DNA of 52,536 nucleotides from contig CAZZKA010000001.1 in the NCBI GenBank assembly GCA_964654745.1, positions 1 through 52,536 of the forward strand, written 5' to 3'. Below, one piece after another: positions 45,357 to 52,536 of the stretch. The stretch's first letter is position 1. Each line of letters opens with the position of its first letter. Position numbers and translations under genes: made by a program. The DNA comes from an uncultured Bordetella sp. Its GTDB lineage: Bacteria; Pseudomonadota; Gammaproteobacteria; Burkholderiales; Burkholderiaceae_E. Under the pieces are notes generated by a model. It was not told where the DNA came from. It did no database searches and saw only the letters and a program-made list of their open reading frames with translations.

Positions 45357-47360
45357 GTGGGAGATCAAGCCTTGCACGCTGCAGACCGCTCCGACCCGCT
45401 CTGGCGGCCAGACGCCGAGCGGCTTACCAATGCGAGGATGCTTGATTACCGCAAGTGGGTTGGCGACCGGCTGGGGCTGGTTTTTGAGGACAACGAGGCG
45501 CTTTGGGCGTGGTCGGTCGCCGAACTGGGCGCGTTCTGGGATTCGATCTGGACTTATTTCCAGGTCGCCGGCGAGCGCGGCGCAGGACCCGCCCTGGTTC
45601 TCGGCCACATGCCGGGTGCGAAGTGGTTTCCCGGTGCGTCGCTCAACTTCGCCGCCCAGGCGCTCGCACACGGGCCTGACGAGTCACCCGCCATCATCGC
45701 CTCGGGCGAGGCGGGCGACGACAGGGTCGTCTCCTGGGGTGAGCTGCGGCTCAGCGTAGCCGCATTCGCAGCGACGTTGCGGGCGCGCGGCGTGGGCCGC
45801 GGCGACCGCGTTGCCGCCTACCTTCCCAACGGTGCCGATTCCGTCGTCGCATTCCTGGGCTGTGCGTCGGTCGGCGCAATCTGGTCGCTCTGCTCACCCG
45901 ACATGGGTGCGGCAAGCGTCATCGACCGTTTTCGCCAGATCACGCCGCGCGTGCTGATTGCCTGCGGATCCTATCGCTACGGCGGAAGGGTCCATGAACG
46001 CGGCGAGGTCGTGCAGCAGTTGCTCACCGCGCTGTCCGGCTCGCTCGACCTCGTGGTGACCGTCCCAGGCCCCGGGGCGGCGATCAGCGGGGCGCGGGTA
46101 ACCGCAATCGATTGGCGGACCGCTACGGCAGCTGCCGCCGAACTTGTGATCGACCCGGTACCTTTCGACCATCCGCTGTGGATTGTCTACTCATCCGGAA
46201 CCACGGGCTTGCCCAAGCCCATCGTGCACGGCCACGGGGGCGTGACGCTTGAAATGCTCAAGGTGCTTGCCCTCCACAACGACATCCGCCCGGGCGAGCG
46301 TTTCCACTGGTACACCACAACCGGCTGGATCATGTGGAACTGCCAGATAAGTGGTCTGCTGCTGGGCGCGACCGTATGCCTTTACGACGGAAGCCCCGGA
46401 TGGCCTCAGCCCGGCGCGCTATGGCGTTTAGCGGATCGCTTAGGCGTTCACTTCTTCGGCGCCGGCGCGGCGTTTCATATCGGCTGCATGAAGGCGGGGG
46501 TGGCGATCGGCGGCGAACGACTCGGGCGGACGCTACGCAGCGTCGGCTCGACCGGCTCGCCGCTGCCGCCGGATGCCTATCACTGGCTGCAGCGCGAGCT
46601 AGGGCCCCGTGTCTGGATCGCACCCATCTCAGGCGGCACGGACCTCTCGAGCGCCTTCATCGCGGGAGACTGCACACGACCGGTCTGGGCGGGCGAGATG
46701 CAGATGCGTTGCCTGGGTGCCGGGGTCGCGGCCTGGGATCAGGCGGGCAAGCCTCTCGTCGGTGAGGTGGGCGAACTGGTCTGCATCACGCCCATGCCAT
46801 CGATGCCGCTCTTTTTCTGGGGTGATGACGAGCGCCAGACCCGCTTGCGCGAGAGTTACTTCGATATGTTTCCCGGCGTCTGGCGGCACGGCGACTGGAT
46901 AGAGATCACGCCCAGGGGTGGCGCGATCGTCTACGGCCGCTCGGACGCCACGATCAACCGCCACGGCGTGCGGATGGGAACCAGCGAACTCTATGCGGCG
47001 GTCGAAGCGCTGCCGGAGGTTGTCGATAGTCTGGTGGTCGACCTGGAATACCTCGGACGCGAGTCCTACATGCCGCTTTTCGTCGTGCTCGCATCGGGGG
47101 CGGAACTGGACGACTCGCTTCGGGAGCGCATCGCCGCAGCAATTAGGGTCGCGCTCACCCCCCGCCATGTCCCCAATGAAATCCTCCAGGTCCCGGCGGT
47201 TCCACGCACCCTCACGGGCAAGAAGCTGGAGGTACCGGTCAAGCGGCTCCTTCTCGGAGAGCCGGCGGCACGCGTGCTCAACCCCGATGCGACCGCCAAT
47301 CCCGAGTCCCTGCAGTGGTATCAGGCCTTTGCAACCGCCCACCTCGCCCGCCGGCAATGA
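45357..47360 (+). CDS. Acetoacetyl-CoA synthetase (acetoacetate-CoA ligase)
   Basis: 667 aa. N-terminus PLWRPDAERLTNARMLDYRKWV, AMP-binding motif YSSGTTGLPKPIVHGHGG, and overall AACS-like length and sequence. Confidence 0.88.
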   Translation: MGDQALHAADRSDPLWRPDAERLTNARMLDYRKWVGDRLGLVFEDNEALWAWSVAELGAFWDSIWTYFQVAGERGAGPALVLGHMPGAKWFPGASLNFAAQALAHGPDESPAIIASGEAGDDRVVSWGELRLSVAAFAATLRARGVGRGDRVAAYLPNGADSVVAFLGCASVGAIWSLCSPDMGAASVIDRFRQITPRVLIACGSYRYGGRVHERGEVVQQLLTALSGSLDLVVTVPGPGAAISGARVTAIDWRTATAAAAELVIDPVPFDHPLWIVYSSGTTGLPKPIVHGHGGVTLEMLKVLALHNDIRPGERFHWYTTTGWIMWNCQISGLLLGATVCLYDGSPGWPQPGALWRLADRLGVHFFGAGAAFHIGCMKAGVAIGGERLGRTLRSVGSTGSPLPPDAYHWLQRELGPRVWIAPISGGTDLSSAFIAGDCTRPVWAGEMQMRCLGAGVAAWDQAGKPLVGEVGELVCITPMPSMPLFFWGDDERQTRLRESYFDMFPGVWRHGDWIEITPRGGAIVYGRSDATINRHGVRMGTSELYAAVEALPEVVDSLVVDLEYLGRESYMPLFVVLASGAELDDSLRERIAAAIRVALTPRHVPNEILQVPAVPRTLTGKKLEVPVKRLLLGEPAARVLNPDATANPESLQWYQAFATAHLARRQ

Positions 47361-47426
47361 CCGCCGCCTTGAGTCCGAGGCGGCAGTCGAGCAAACTTCC
47401 GGTTTTTCGCTGACGGGAAAGTCCCC

Positions 47427-48350
47427 ATGAAGAACACAATCGGCTGGATCGGTCTGGGACGGATGGGCGAGGCCATGGTGGCGCGCCTGCTCAAGGCCGG
47501 ACACAAGGTGAGCGTCTGGAACCGCACCGCTTCGAAAGCCGCGCATCTGGCGGATTACGGTGCTCATCTGGCTCAGAGCAAGCTCGAACTCGCGCAGTGC
47601 GACGCCGTCTTCACCATGGTCTCGACCACCGATGACCTGATGGAAGTGCTGTTTGGCGCAGGCGGTCTGGTGAGCGGTCAGCAAAAGCCGCGGGTCGTGA
47701 TCGACAGCTCGTCAATTTCCCAGGAAGGCTCCGCCGAGGTCCGCCGGCGCCTGGAGGCCATGGGCGTTGCATATCTCTGCGCACCGGTCTCTGGCAACGC
47801 CAAGGTCGCCAAGGCCGGTAAGCTTCTCATCGTCGCGTCGGGTCCCCGGGCTCTGTATGACGAGTCCGAGCCATGGCTCGCCGCGCTCGGACGCCGGGTC
47901 ATGTGGGTCGGGGAAGGCGAACTCGCCCGGGTCTGGAAGATTGCCCACAACACGATGTTCGGCGTCATCATCCAGAACCTCTGTGAGATTACGGTCCTCG
48001 CCGAAAAATCAGGTATTCCGCGGCATCTTTTCCTCGAGAGCATCAACGAATCGGTGCTGGGCTCGATGTACACCCGCTATAAAACGCCGGTGCTCACCAA
48101 CCTCACCTTCGAGCAAGTCACCTTTACGCCGAAGCTGCTCCTCAAGGATATGGACCTCGGCATGGGCGCTGCCAAGGCCAACGGCGTGGCCATGCCTGCG
48201 GCGGCGGCCACCCGCGAATCGATCGCCCGGATGGTCGGGCGCGGTTACGACGATGTCGACTTCGCCATCCTGCTCAAAGAGATCGCGCTCGACGCCGGCC
48301 TCGAGCTTGTCCCTGAGAACATCAAGGTCGGCGACGGCCTGCAGGGCTGA
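47427..48350 (+). CDS. NAD(P)-dependent 3-hydroxyacid dehydrogenase (3-hydroxyisobutyrate dehydrogenase family)
   Basis: IGWIGLGRMGEAMVARLLKAGHKVSVWNRT dinucleotide fold, a 6-PGDH-like NAD-binding domain and a C-terminal helical domain. Confidence 0.85.
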   Translation: MKNTIGWIGLGRMGEAMVARLLKAGHKVSVWNRTASKAAHLADYGAHLAQSKLELAQCDAVFTMVSTTDDLMEVLFGAGGLVSGQQKPRVVIDSSSISQEGSAEVRRRLEAMGVAYLCAPVSGNAKVAKAGKLLIVASGPRALYDESEPWLAALGRRVMWVGEGELARVWKIAHNTMFGVIIQNLCEITVLAEKSGIPRHLFLESINESVLGSMYTRYKTPVLTNLTFEQVTFTPKLLLKDMDLGMGAAKANGVAMPAAAATRESIARMVGRGYDDVDFAILLKEIALDAGLELVPENIKVGDGLQG

Positions 48351-48416
48351 TGCGATGAAACTTCGCGTAACCAGCCGCTGTAATTCGCAGCGCACCGCAC
48401 GGTAGGAGACTCTTCA

Positions 48417-49394
48417 ATGCTCAAACTCACAAAACACAAGGCCCTGCTGGCCCTGGTGCTCGGGCTTGCCTGCTCAACGAGCGCCTCGGCCCAGTCGACC
48501 TTTCCGACCAAACCCATTCGCTTCATGGTCCCCTTCACAGCGGGCAGCGCCACTGACATCCTGGCCCGTACGGTGAGTGAGTCGATGAGCAAGAGCCTCG
48601 GCCAGCCGATTGTGGTGGAAAACCGGCCTGGCGCGGGCGGCACGATCGCAGCCGCACAGGTGGCCAAGGGCGAAGCCGACGGTCACCTGCTCCTCGTCCA
48701 TTCGTCGGCGCATGCGCTCAATCCGGCGATCTATCCCAGCCTGTCCTACGACACGCTCAAGGACCTGACCGGCATCACGGCGCTCGCCTCGCTTCCGAAC
48801 GTGATGGTGGTCTCGCCCGCGAAGGGATGGAAAACCATGGCCGATGTAATCGCTGCAGCCAAGGCCAGGCCCGGCGCGTTCAATTACGCGTCGGCCGGCA
48901 CGGGTAGCGCCACGCATCTGAACGGCGAAAAATTCAAGCTGCGCGCGGGCGTTGACGCTGTTCACATCCCATTCAAGGGTACCCCGGAGGCGATCACCGA
49001 AATCATCGGCGGTCGCATCGACTGGTTCTTTGCGCCGCTCGCCTCGTCGATCCCGCTGATCCGCGAGGGCAAGGTGGTGGCGCTCGCGGTCAGCACCCCT
49101 AAGCGCGCCGCCGCGCTACCGGATGTGCCAACCACGGTCGAGGCGGGCCTGCCAGACTCGTCTTATATTTTCTGGGTCGGCATCATCGCGCCGGCTGGCG
49201 TACCTGCTGCCGTTCAGAGGCGCCTCAACGAAGAGGCGCACAAGGCGCTGGCAAGCCCCGATGTCCGCGAGCGCATGGCCCGCGCCGGCGCCGACCCGAT
49301 GCCGATGAGCATCGAAGCTTTCAACGCCTTCATCCGCTCCGAAATGGAGTCGGCCGCGCAGATCGCCAAAGCTGCCAACCTTCAGGCACAGTGA
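48417..49394 (+). CDS. Bug/TctC-family substrate-binding protein
   Basis: Signal peptide then FPTKPIRFMVPFTAGSATDILAR...LGQPIVVENRPGAGG...HIPFKGTPEAITEIIGGRID...LPDVPTTVEAG. Confidence 0.92.
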   Translation: MLKLTKHKALLALVLGLACSTSASAQSTFPTKPIRFMVPFTAGSATDILARTVSESMSKSLGQPIVVENRPGAGGTIAAAQVAKGEADGHLLLVHSSAHALNPAIYPSLSYDTLKDLTGITALASLPNVMVVSPAKGWKTMADVIAAAKARPGAFNYASAGTGSATHLNGEKFKLRAGVDAVHIPFKGTPEAITEIIGGRIDWFFAPLASSIPLIREGKVVALAVSTPKRAAALPDVPTTVEAGLPDSSYIFWVGIIAPAGVPAAVQRRLNEEAHKALASPDVRERMARAGADPMPMSIEAFNAFIRSEMESAAQIAKAANLQAQ

Positions 49395-49407
49395 CCGGAG
49401 CCCCCGA

Positions 49408-50028
49408 ATGACAAACGCCACTCTGCAGGATGAGCTGCTAATCCGTCGGATGGTGGAGCGCTGGGCGGTCTGGCGCGACGCCGGCGACTGGGAGCGGTTT
49501 GCCACCGTCTGGCACCCTGAGGGCATGATGATGGCGACCTGGTTTCAGGGGCCCTATAAAGACTTCATCCGGGTGACGCAGGAGGGTTGGGCCAAAGGGG
49601 TCAGTATCCTGCACTTTCTTGGTGGTTCGGCCATCGAGGTCGCGGGGGATCGCGCGATTGCGCAAACCAAAATGACGATCTCACAGCGCGGCATGGTCGA
49701 GGGCTCAGCCGGTCCGGTGCTTTGCGATGTCGTCTGCACCGGCCGCTTCCATGATTTCGTTGTGCGCCATGATGGTGACTGGAAGCTGCTGCACCGTCAG
49801 CCCATCTACGAAAAAGACAGAATCGATCCGCTCGATCCGACCGCGCACCTGCAACTCGATCAGGCACTCCTCGCGACATTTCCTGAAGGCTACCGGCACC
49901 TCGCCTACATCCAGACCCGGATCGGTTACAAGGTCAAGATGGATATGCCGATGCTCAAGGGTGACGCGGTTCGGGAGCTATACGCGCGGGCCGCGCGCTG
50001 GCTTGCCGGCGGAGCGCTTGAACGCTGA
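49408..50028 (+). CDS. NTF2-like (SnoaL_4-type) family protein
   Basis: 206 aa. The N-terminal DELLIRRMVERWAVWRDAGDWERFATVWHPEG pattern is typical of SnoaL-like/NTF2 fold proteins. It lies 13 nt after the upstream Bug gene. Confidence 0.7.
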   Translation: MTNATLQDELLIRRMVERWAVWRDAGDWERFATVWHPEGMMMATWFQGPYKDFIRVTQEGWAKGVSILHFLGGSAIEVAGDRAIAQTKMTISQRGMVEGSAGPVLCDVVCTGRFHDFVVRHDGDWKLLHRQPIYEKDRIDPLDPTAHLQLDQALLATFPEGYRHLAYIQTRIGYKVKMDMPMLKGDAVRELYARAARWLAGGALER

Positions 50029-50153
50029 CGCGAGCCGCGCGAGACGGGCGGTGATGCGGTCCGATTGAATAAACCGAACGCCGACCCACCCCGCCGTAAG
50101 CGGTCCCGGACAGGCGCTGTTTTTCCCCTATCGATTGTCAGTGGAGATTCCTC

Positions 50154-51185
50154 GTGTTCCAACCTTTCAGTCAGGGCCACCCGCGACCGATAGCTCAGTA
50201 CATCAAATCCCGTCGGGGATTTCTGGGGCTTGCAATTGGCACGGCTGGCTGCAGCCTGGGCCTGCCGACGCTCTTGCGCGCGCAGACCGATTTTCCCAAC
50301 CGTCCGTTGCGCGTGATCGTGCCGCAGCCCCCTGGCGGCGGCTTTGATTTCGTCGCCCGGCAACTCGGCGAGCGCTTGTCGAGACGGATCGGTCAGAGCG
50401 TTGTGGTCGAAAACCGACCCGGGTCCGGCACGCTGGTCGGGACCGATGCGGCCGCCCGCGCGCCCGCCGATGGCTACACCCTGCTGATGGGTTCGGTGTC
50501 GAACATCGCACTCAATATGGGCCTCTACCAAAAGCTCTCCTACGATAGCCTGCGCGATTTCGAGCCGGTGGGCCTTGCGGTGAGCTATGGCTACACGATG
50601 GTTGCCCGTCGCGATCTGCCATTTGGCTCGCTTCGCGACCTGATCGCCCATGCGCGAGCTAACCCCGGCAAACTCACCTATGCCTCAGCGGGCAATGGAT
50701 CGGGTCAACACGTGCTCGCCGCCGCGCTCTGGCATCTCGCCGGCGTCAATGTGGTGCATGTCCCCTACAAGGGCGCGCAAGCGGTCTATCCAGACCTGAT
50801 TGGCGGGAGGGTGGACGTCTTTATAGACCTGTCTTCCACCGCCCGCACCCAGGTCGCCTCCGGTTCGGTCAAGCCGCTTGCCACCTCCGGCGCCGAGAGA
50901 AGTCCCCTCCATCCTGAAGTCCCCACCTTTATTGAAAGCGGGGTCGCTCTGGACCTCGAGTCCTGGTTCGGCTATTTCGCACCGGCCCAGACGCCCGCTT
51001 CGATCCAGGAGAAACTGCGTCGCGAGCTCGCGGCGGTGATAGCCGACGAAGACCTGCGCGAGACTTTCCGCAAAGCAGGCGGTAAACCGCTGTCGCTCGA
51101 TGCAGCAGCCGAGCGCGCATTGGTACGGCGTGATGTGGAGCGCTGGACCAGATTGGTTCGCGAAACCGGAATCAAGGCGGATTAA
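50154..51185 (+). CDS. Bug/TctC-family substrate-binding protein with a Tat-like signal
   Basis: SRRGFLGLAIGTAG twin-arginine-like leader, then FPNRPLRVIVPQPPGGGFDFVAR...IGQSVVVENRPGSG...HVPYKGAQAVYPDLIGGRVD. Confidence 0.9.
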   Translation: MFQPFSQGHPRPIAQYIKSRRGFLGLAIGTAGCSLGLPTLLRAQTDFPNRPLRVIVPQPPGGGFDFVARQLGERLSRRIGQSVVVENRPGSGTLVGTDAAARAPADGYTLLMGSVSNIALNMGLYQKLSYDSLRDFEPVGLAVSYGYTMVARRDLPFGSLRDLIAHARANPGKLTYASAGNGSGQHVLAAALWHLAGVNVVHVPYKGAQAVYPDLIGGRVDVFIDLSSTARTQVASGSVKPLATSGAERSPLHPEVPTFIESGVALDLESWFGYFAPAQTPASIQEKLRRELAAVIADEDLRETFRKAGGKPLSLDAAAERALVRRDVERWTRLVRETGIKAD

Positions 51186-51192
51186 CCCTTAT

Positions 51193-51230
51193 CCCCGGGC
51201 TCGCATCCCGGAATTTCCGGCGACCCGGGG
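51193..51230 (+). terminator. GC-rich nested stem-loop in the Bug-to-LivG spacer (possible attenuator; no clear U-tract)
   Basis: The outer stem CCCCGGG (51193-51199) pairs with CCCGGGG (51224-51230). The inner 13-bp palindrome CCGGAATTTCCGG lies at 51208-51220. Confidence 0.35.
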
Positions 51231-51305
51231 AATGGTGTAGGGTTTACGGTTCAAGGATTTTTGCGCCCTGACCGCCCTTTTTACCCGGATCGAGCCCGAC
51301 CGCAG

Positions 51306-52091
51306 ATGCCCAGTCTCGGCACCGACATCATTTTGCAGACCCACGGCCTGGTGAAGGAATTCAAAGGCTTTGTCGCCGTGTCGGACGTCGCCCTCGCGGT
51401 GCAGAGGGGCCAGATCCACGCGCTGATCGGTCCAAACGGTGCTGGCAAGACCACGGTCTTTAACCTGCTTACCAAGTTTCTCCAGCCCACCCGCGGCTCG
51501 ATTCTCTTCAACGGCCACGACATCACCCGAGAAAAGCCGGCGCAAATAGCCCGCCGCGGCGTTATTCGTTCGTTCCAGATCTCAGCGACATTTCCTCATC
51601 TCACCGTGCTTGAGAATGTCCGCATCGGGCTGCAGCGCAAGCTCGGCAATTCCTTCCACTTCTGGCGTTCGGAGCGAGTGCTTGACCGCCTCAACGGCGA
51701 GGCCATGCAGCTACTCGACACGGTGGGTCTTACCGAATTTGCCGACCAGGTCACAGTCGAGCTTTCCTACGGCCGCAAGCGTGCCCTTGAAATCGCCACC
51801 ACTCTGGCGATGGAGCCCGAGCTGATGTTGCTCGATGAGCCGACCCAGGGCATGGGTCACGAAGATGTCGATCGGGTGACCGATCTGATCCGCAAGGTGA
51901 GCGCTAACCGCACCATCCTCATGGTCGAGCACAACATGGGGGTCGTGGCCAAAATCGCCAACACCATCACTGTGCTGCAACGCGGTCAGGTGATCGCCGA
52001 GGGTCCCTACGAAACCGTTTCGCGTAACCCTCAAGTGCTCGAAGCCTACATGGGTAGCGCCGAAACTGAACTGCAGGGCGCCCATGGCTGA
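51306..52091 (+). CDS. ABC transporter ATP-binding protein, LivG-like (HAAT family)
   Basis: GPNGAGKTTVFNLLT, LSYGRKRALEIATTLA, LMLLDEPTQGM, C-terminal EAYMG. I prefer the ATG at 51306 over the track start at 51261. Confidence 0.88.
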   Translation: MPSLGTDIILQTHGLVKEFKGFVAVSDVALAVQRGQIHALIGPNGAGKTTVFNLLTKFLQPTRGSILFNGHDITREKPAQIARRGVIRSFQISATFPHLTVLENVRIGLQRKLGNSFHFWRSERVLDRLNGEAMQLLDTVGLTEFADQVTVELSYGRKRALEIATTLAMEPELMLLDEPTQGMGHEDVDRVTDLIRKVSANRTILMVEHNMGVVAKIANTITVLQRGQVIAEGPYETVSRNPQVLEAYMGSAETELQGAHG

Positions 52092-52536
52092 ACGGGGACG
52101 CGAGCTGCTGCGGCTGACCGATGTGCACGCCTGGTACGGCGAGTCGCACATCCTGCACGGCGTCAACCTGCATGTGAACGAGGGCGAGGTGGTGACACTC
52201 CTCGGCCGCAATGGCGCGGGGCGCACCACCACACTCAAATCCATTCTCGGTCTGGTGGGGCGCCGCTCGGGCTCGATCACGGTGAACGGCACCGAGACGG
52301 TGACCATGCCGCCGCATGGCATCGCACGCCTGGGCATTGGTTACTGCCCCGAAGAGCGCGGTATCTTCGCGAGTCTGTCGTGCGAGGAAAATCTGCTCCT
52401 ACCACCGGTCGTAGCAGAAGGCGGGATGTCGGTCGACGAAATCTATTCCCTCTTCCCCAACCTGAAAGAGCGGCGATCGAGCCCCGGCACGCGACTGTCG
52501 GGCGGCGAGCAACAGATGCTGTCGGTGGCGCGCATC
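52084..52536 (+). CDS. ABC transporter ATP-binding protein, LivF-like, 3'-truncated by the window edge
   Basis: Hand translation: MAERGRELLRLTDVHAWYGESHILHGVNLHVNEGEVVTLLGRNGAGRTTTLKSILG...LSGGEQQMLSVARI. The ATG overlaps the upstream stop (ATGGCTGA). It is absent from the track because it has no stop inside the window. Confidence 0.85.
   Translation, partial: MAERGRELLRLTDVHAWYGESHILHGVNLHVNEGEVVTLLGRNGAGRTTTLKSILGLVGRRSGSITVNGTETVTMPPHGIARLGIGYCPEERGIFASLSCEENLLLPPVVAEGGMSVDEIYSLFPNLKERRSSPGTRLSGGEQQMLSVARI

Noticed and set aside
17326-47684. Long antisense ORFs: 17326-18081, 25764-26525, 30167-30982, 35341-36168, 40502-41398, 40887-41825, 44167-45240, 46629-47684
   Set aside because: Each lies opposite a gene with clear family motifs (P-type ATPase, phnD-like, methyltransferase, LLM, phoU, pstB, pstS, acetoacetyl-CoA synthetase). 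Their compositions are typical of high-GC antisense frames.
15681-52536. Search for tRNA, rRNA, integrase/transposase genes, prophage or defence-system genes
   Set aside because: The intergenic regions are short (mostly under 250 nt) and show no cloverleaf-like or rRNA-like sequence. Every sizeable ORF is accounted for by transport, metabolic or regulatory families.

Overview
This is a GC-rich proteobacterial chromosomal window. Four Bug/TctC-family receptor genes suggest a Burkholderiales-type genome, but that is an inference. I saw no rRNA, tRNA, CRISPR array, transposase or integrase.

The main result is at 1..15680. This interval is one uninterrupted minus-strand reading frame that the supplied ORF track does not list, because it runs off the left edge without a stop. 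It starts at a TTG at 15680 and encodes more than 5,200 codons. The product is a Gly/Ala/Ser/Thr/Val/Leu-rich repetitive protein. Its N-terminus is LEPR-XLL-like (MAKRKKALPAVRVEVLEQRILLAAD) and has no Sec-type hydrophobic core. It contains five ~515-530 aa super-repeats plus one degenerate copy, interleaved with at least 15 ~100-aa units that carry a G-x-G-N-V-x-V ... F-x-G-x-L-A-G signature. I cannot assign either repeat type to a named family by eye.

The rest of the window is a mosaic of transport and catabolic genes:
- a P-type ATPase
- a Bug receptor translationally coupled to a LivGFHM-type ABC importer that has no LivK-type receptor; the Bug-then-LivG-LivF order recurs at the right edge
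- a Rieske oxygenase followed by a Bug gene
- a PhnDCEE-like ABC importer fused into an operon with a HAD-IIB phosphatase, a 106-aa protein and a SAM methyltransferase
- a TRAP transporter (DctPQM-like)
- an LLM monooxygenase plus alpha/beta hydrolase pair
- an EamA exporter
- UDP-glucose dehydrogenase
- pstSCAB-phoU-phoR with a Pho box but no phoB
- acetoacetyl-CoA synthetase, a 3-hydroxyacid dehydrogenase and an NTF2-like protein

Many long ORFs in the track are antisense or alternate-frame shadows typical of high-GC DNA, and I rejected them.
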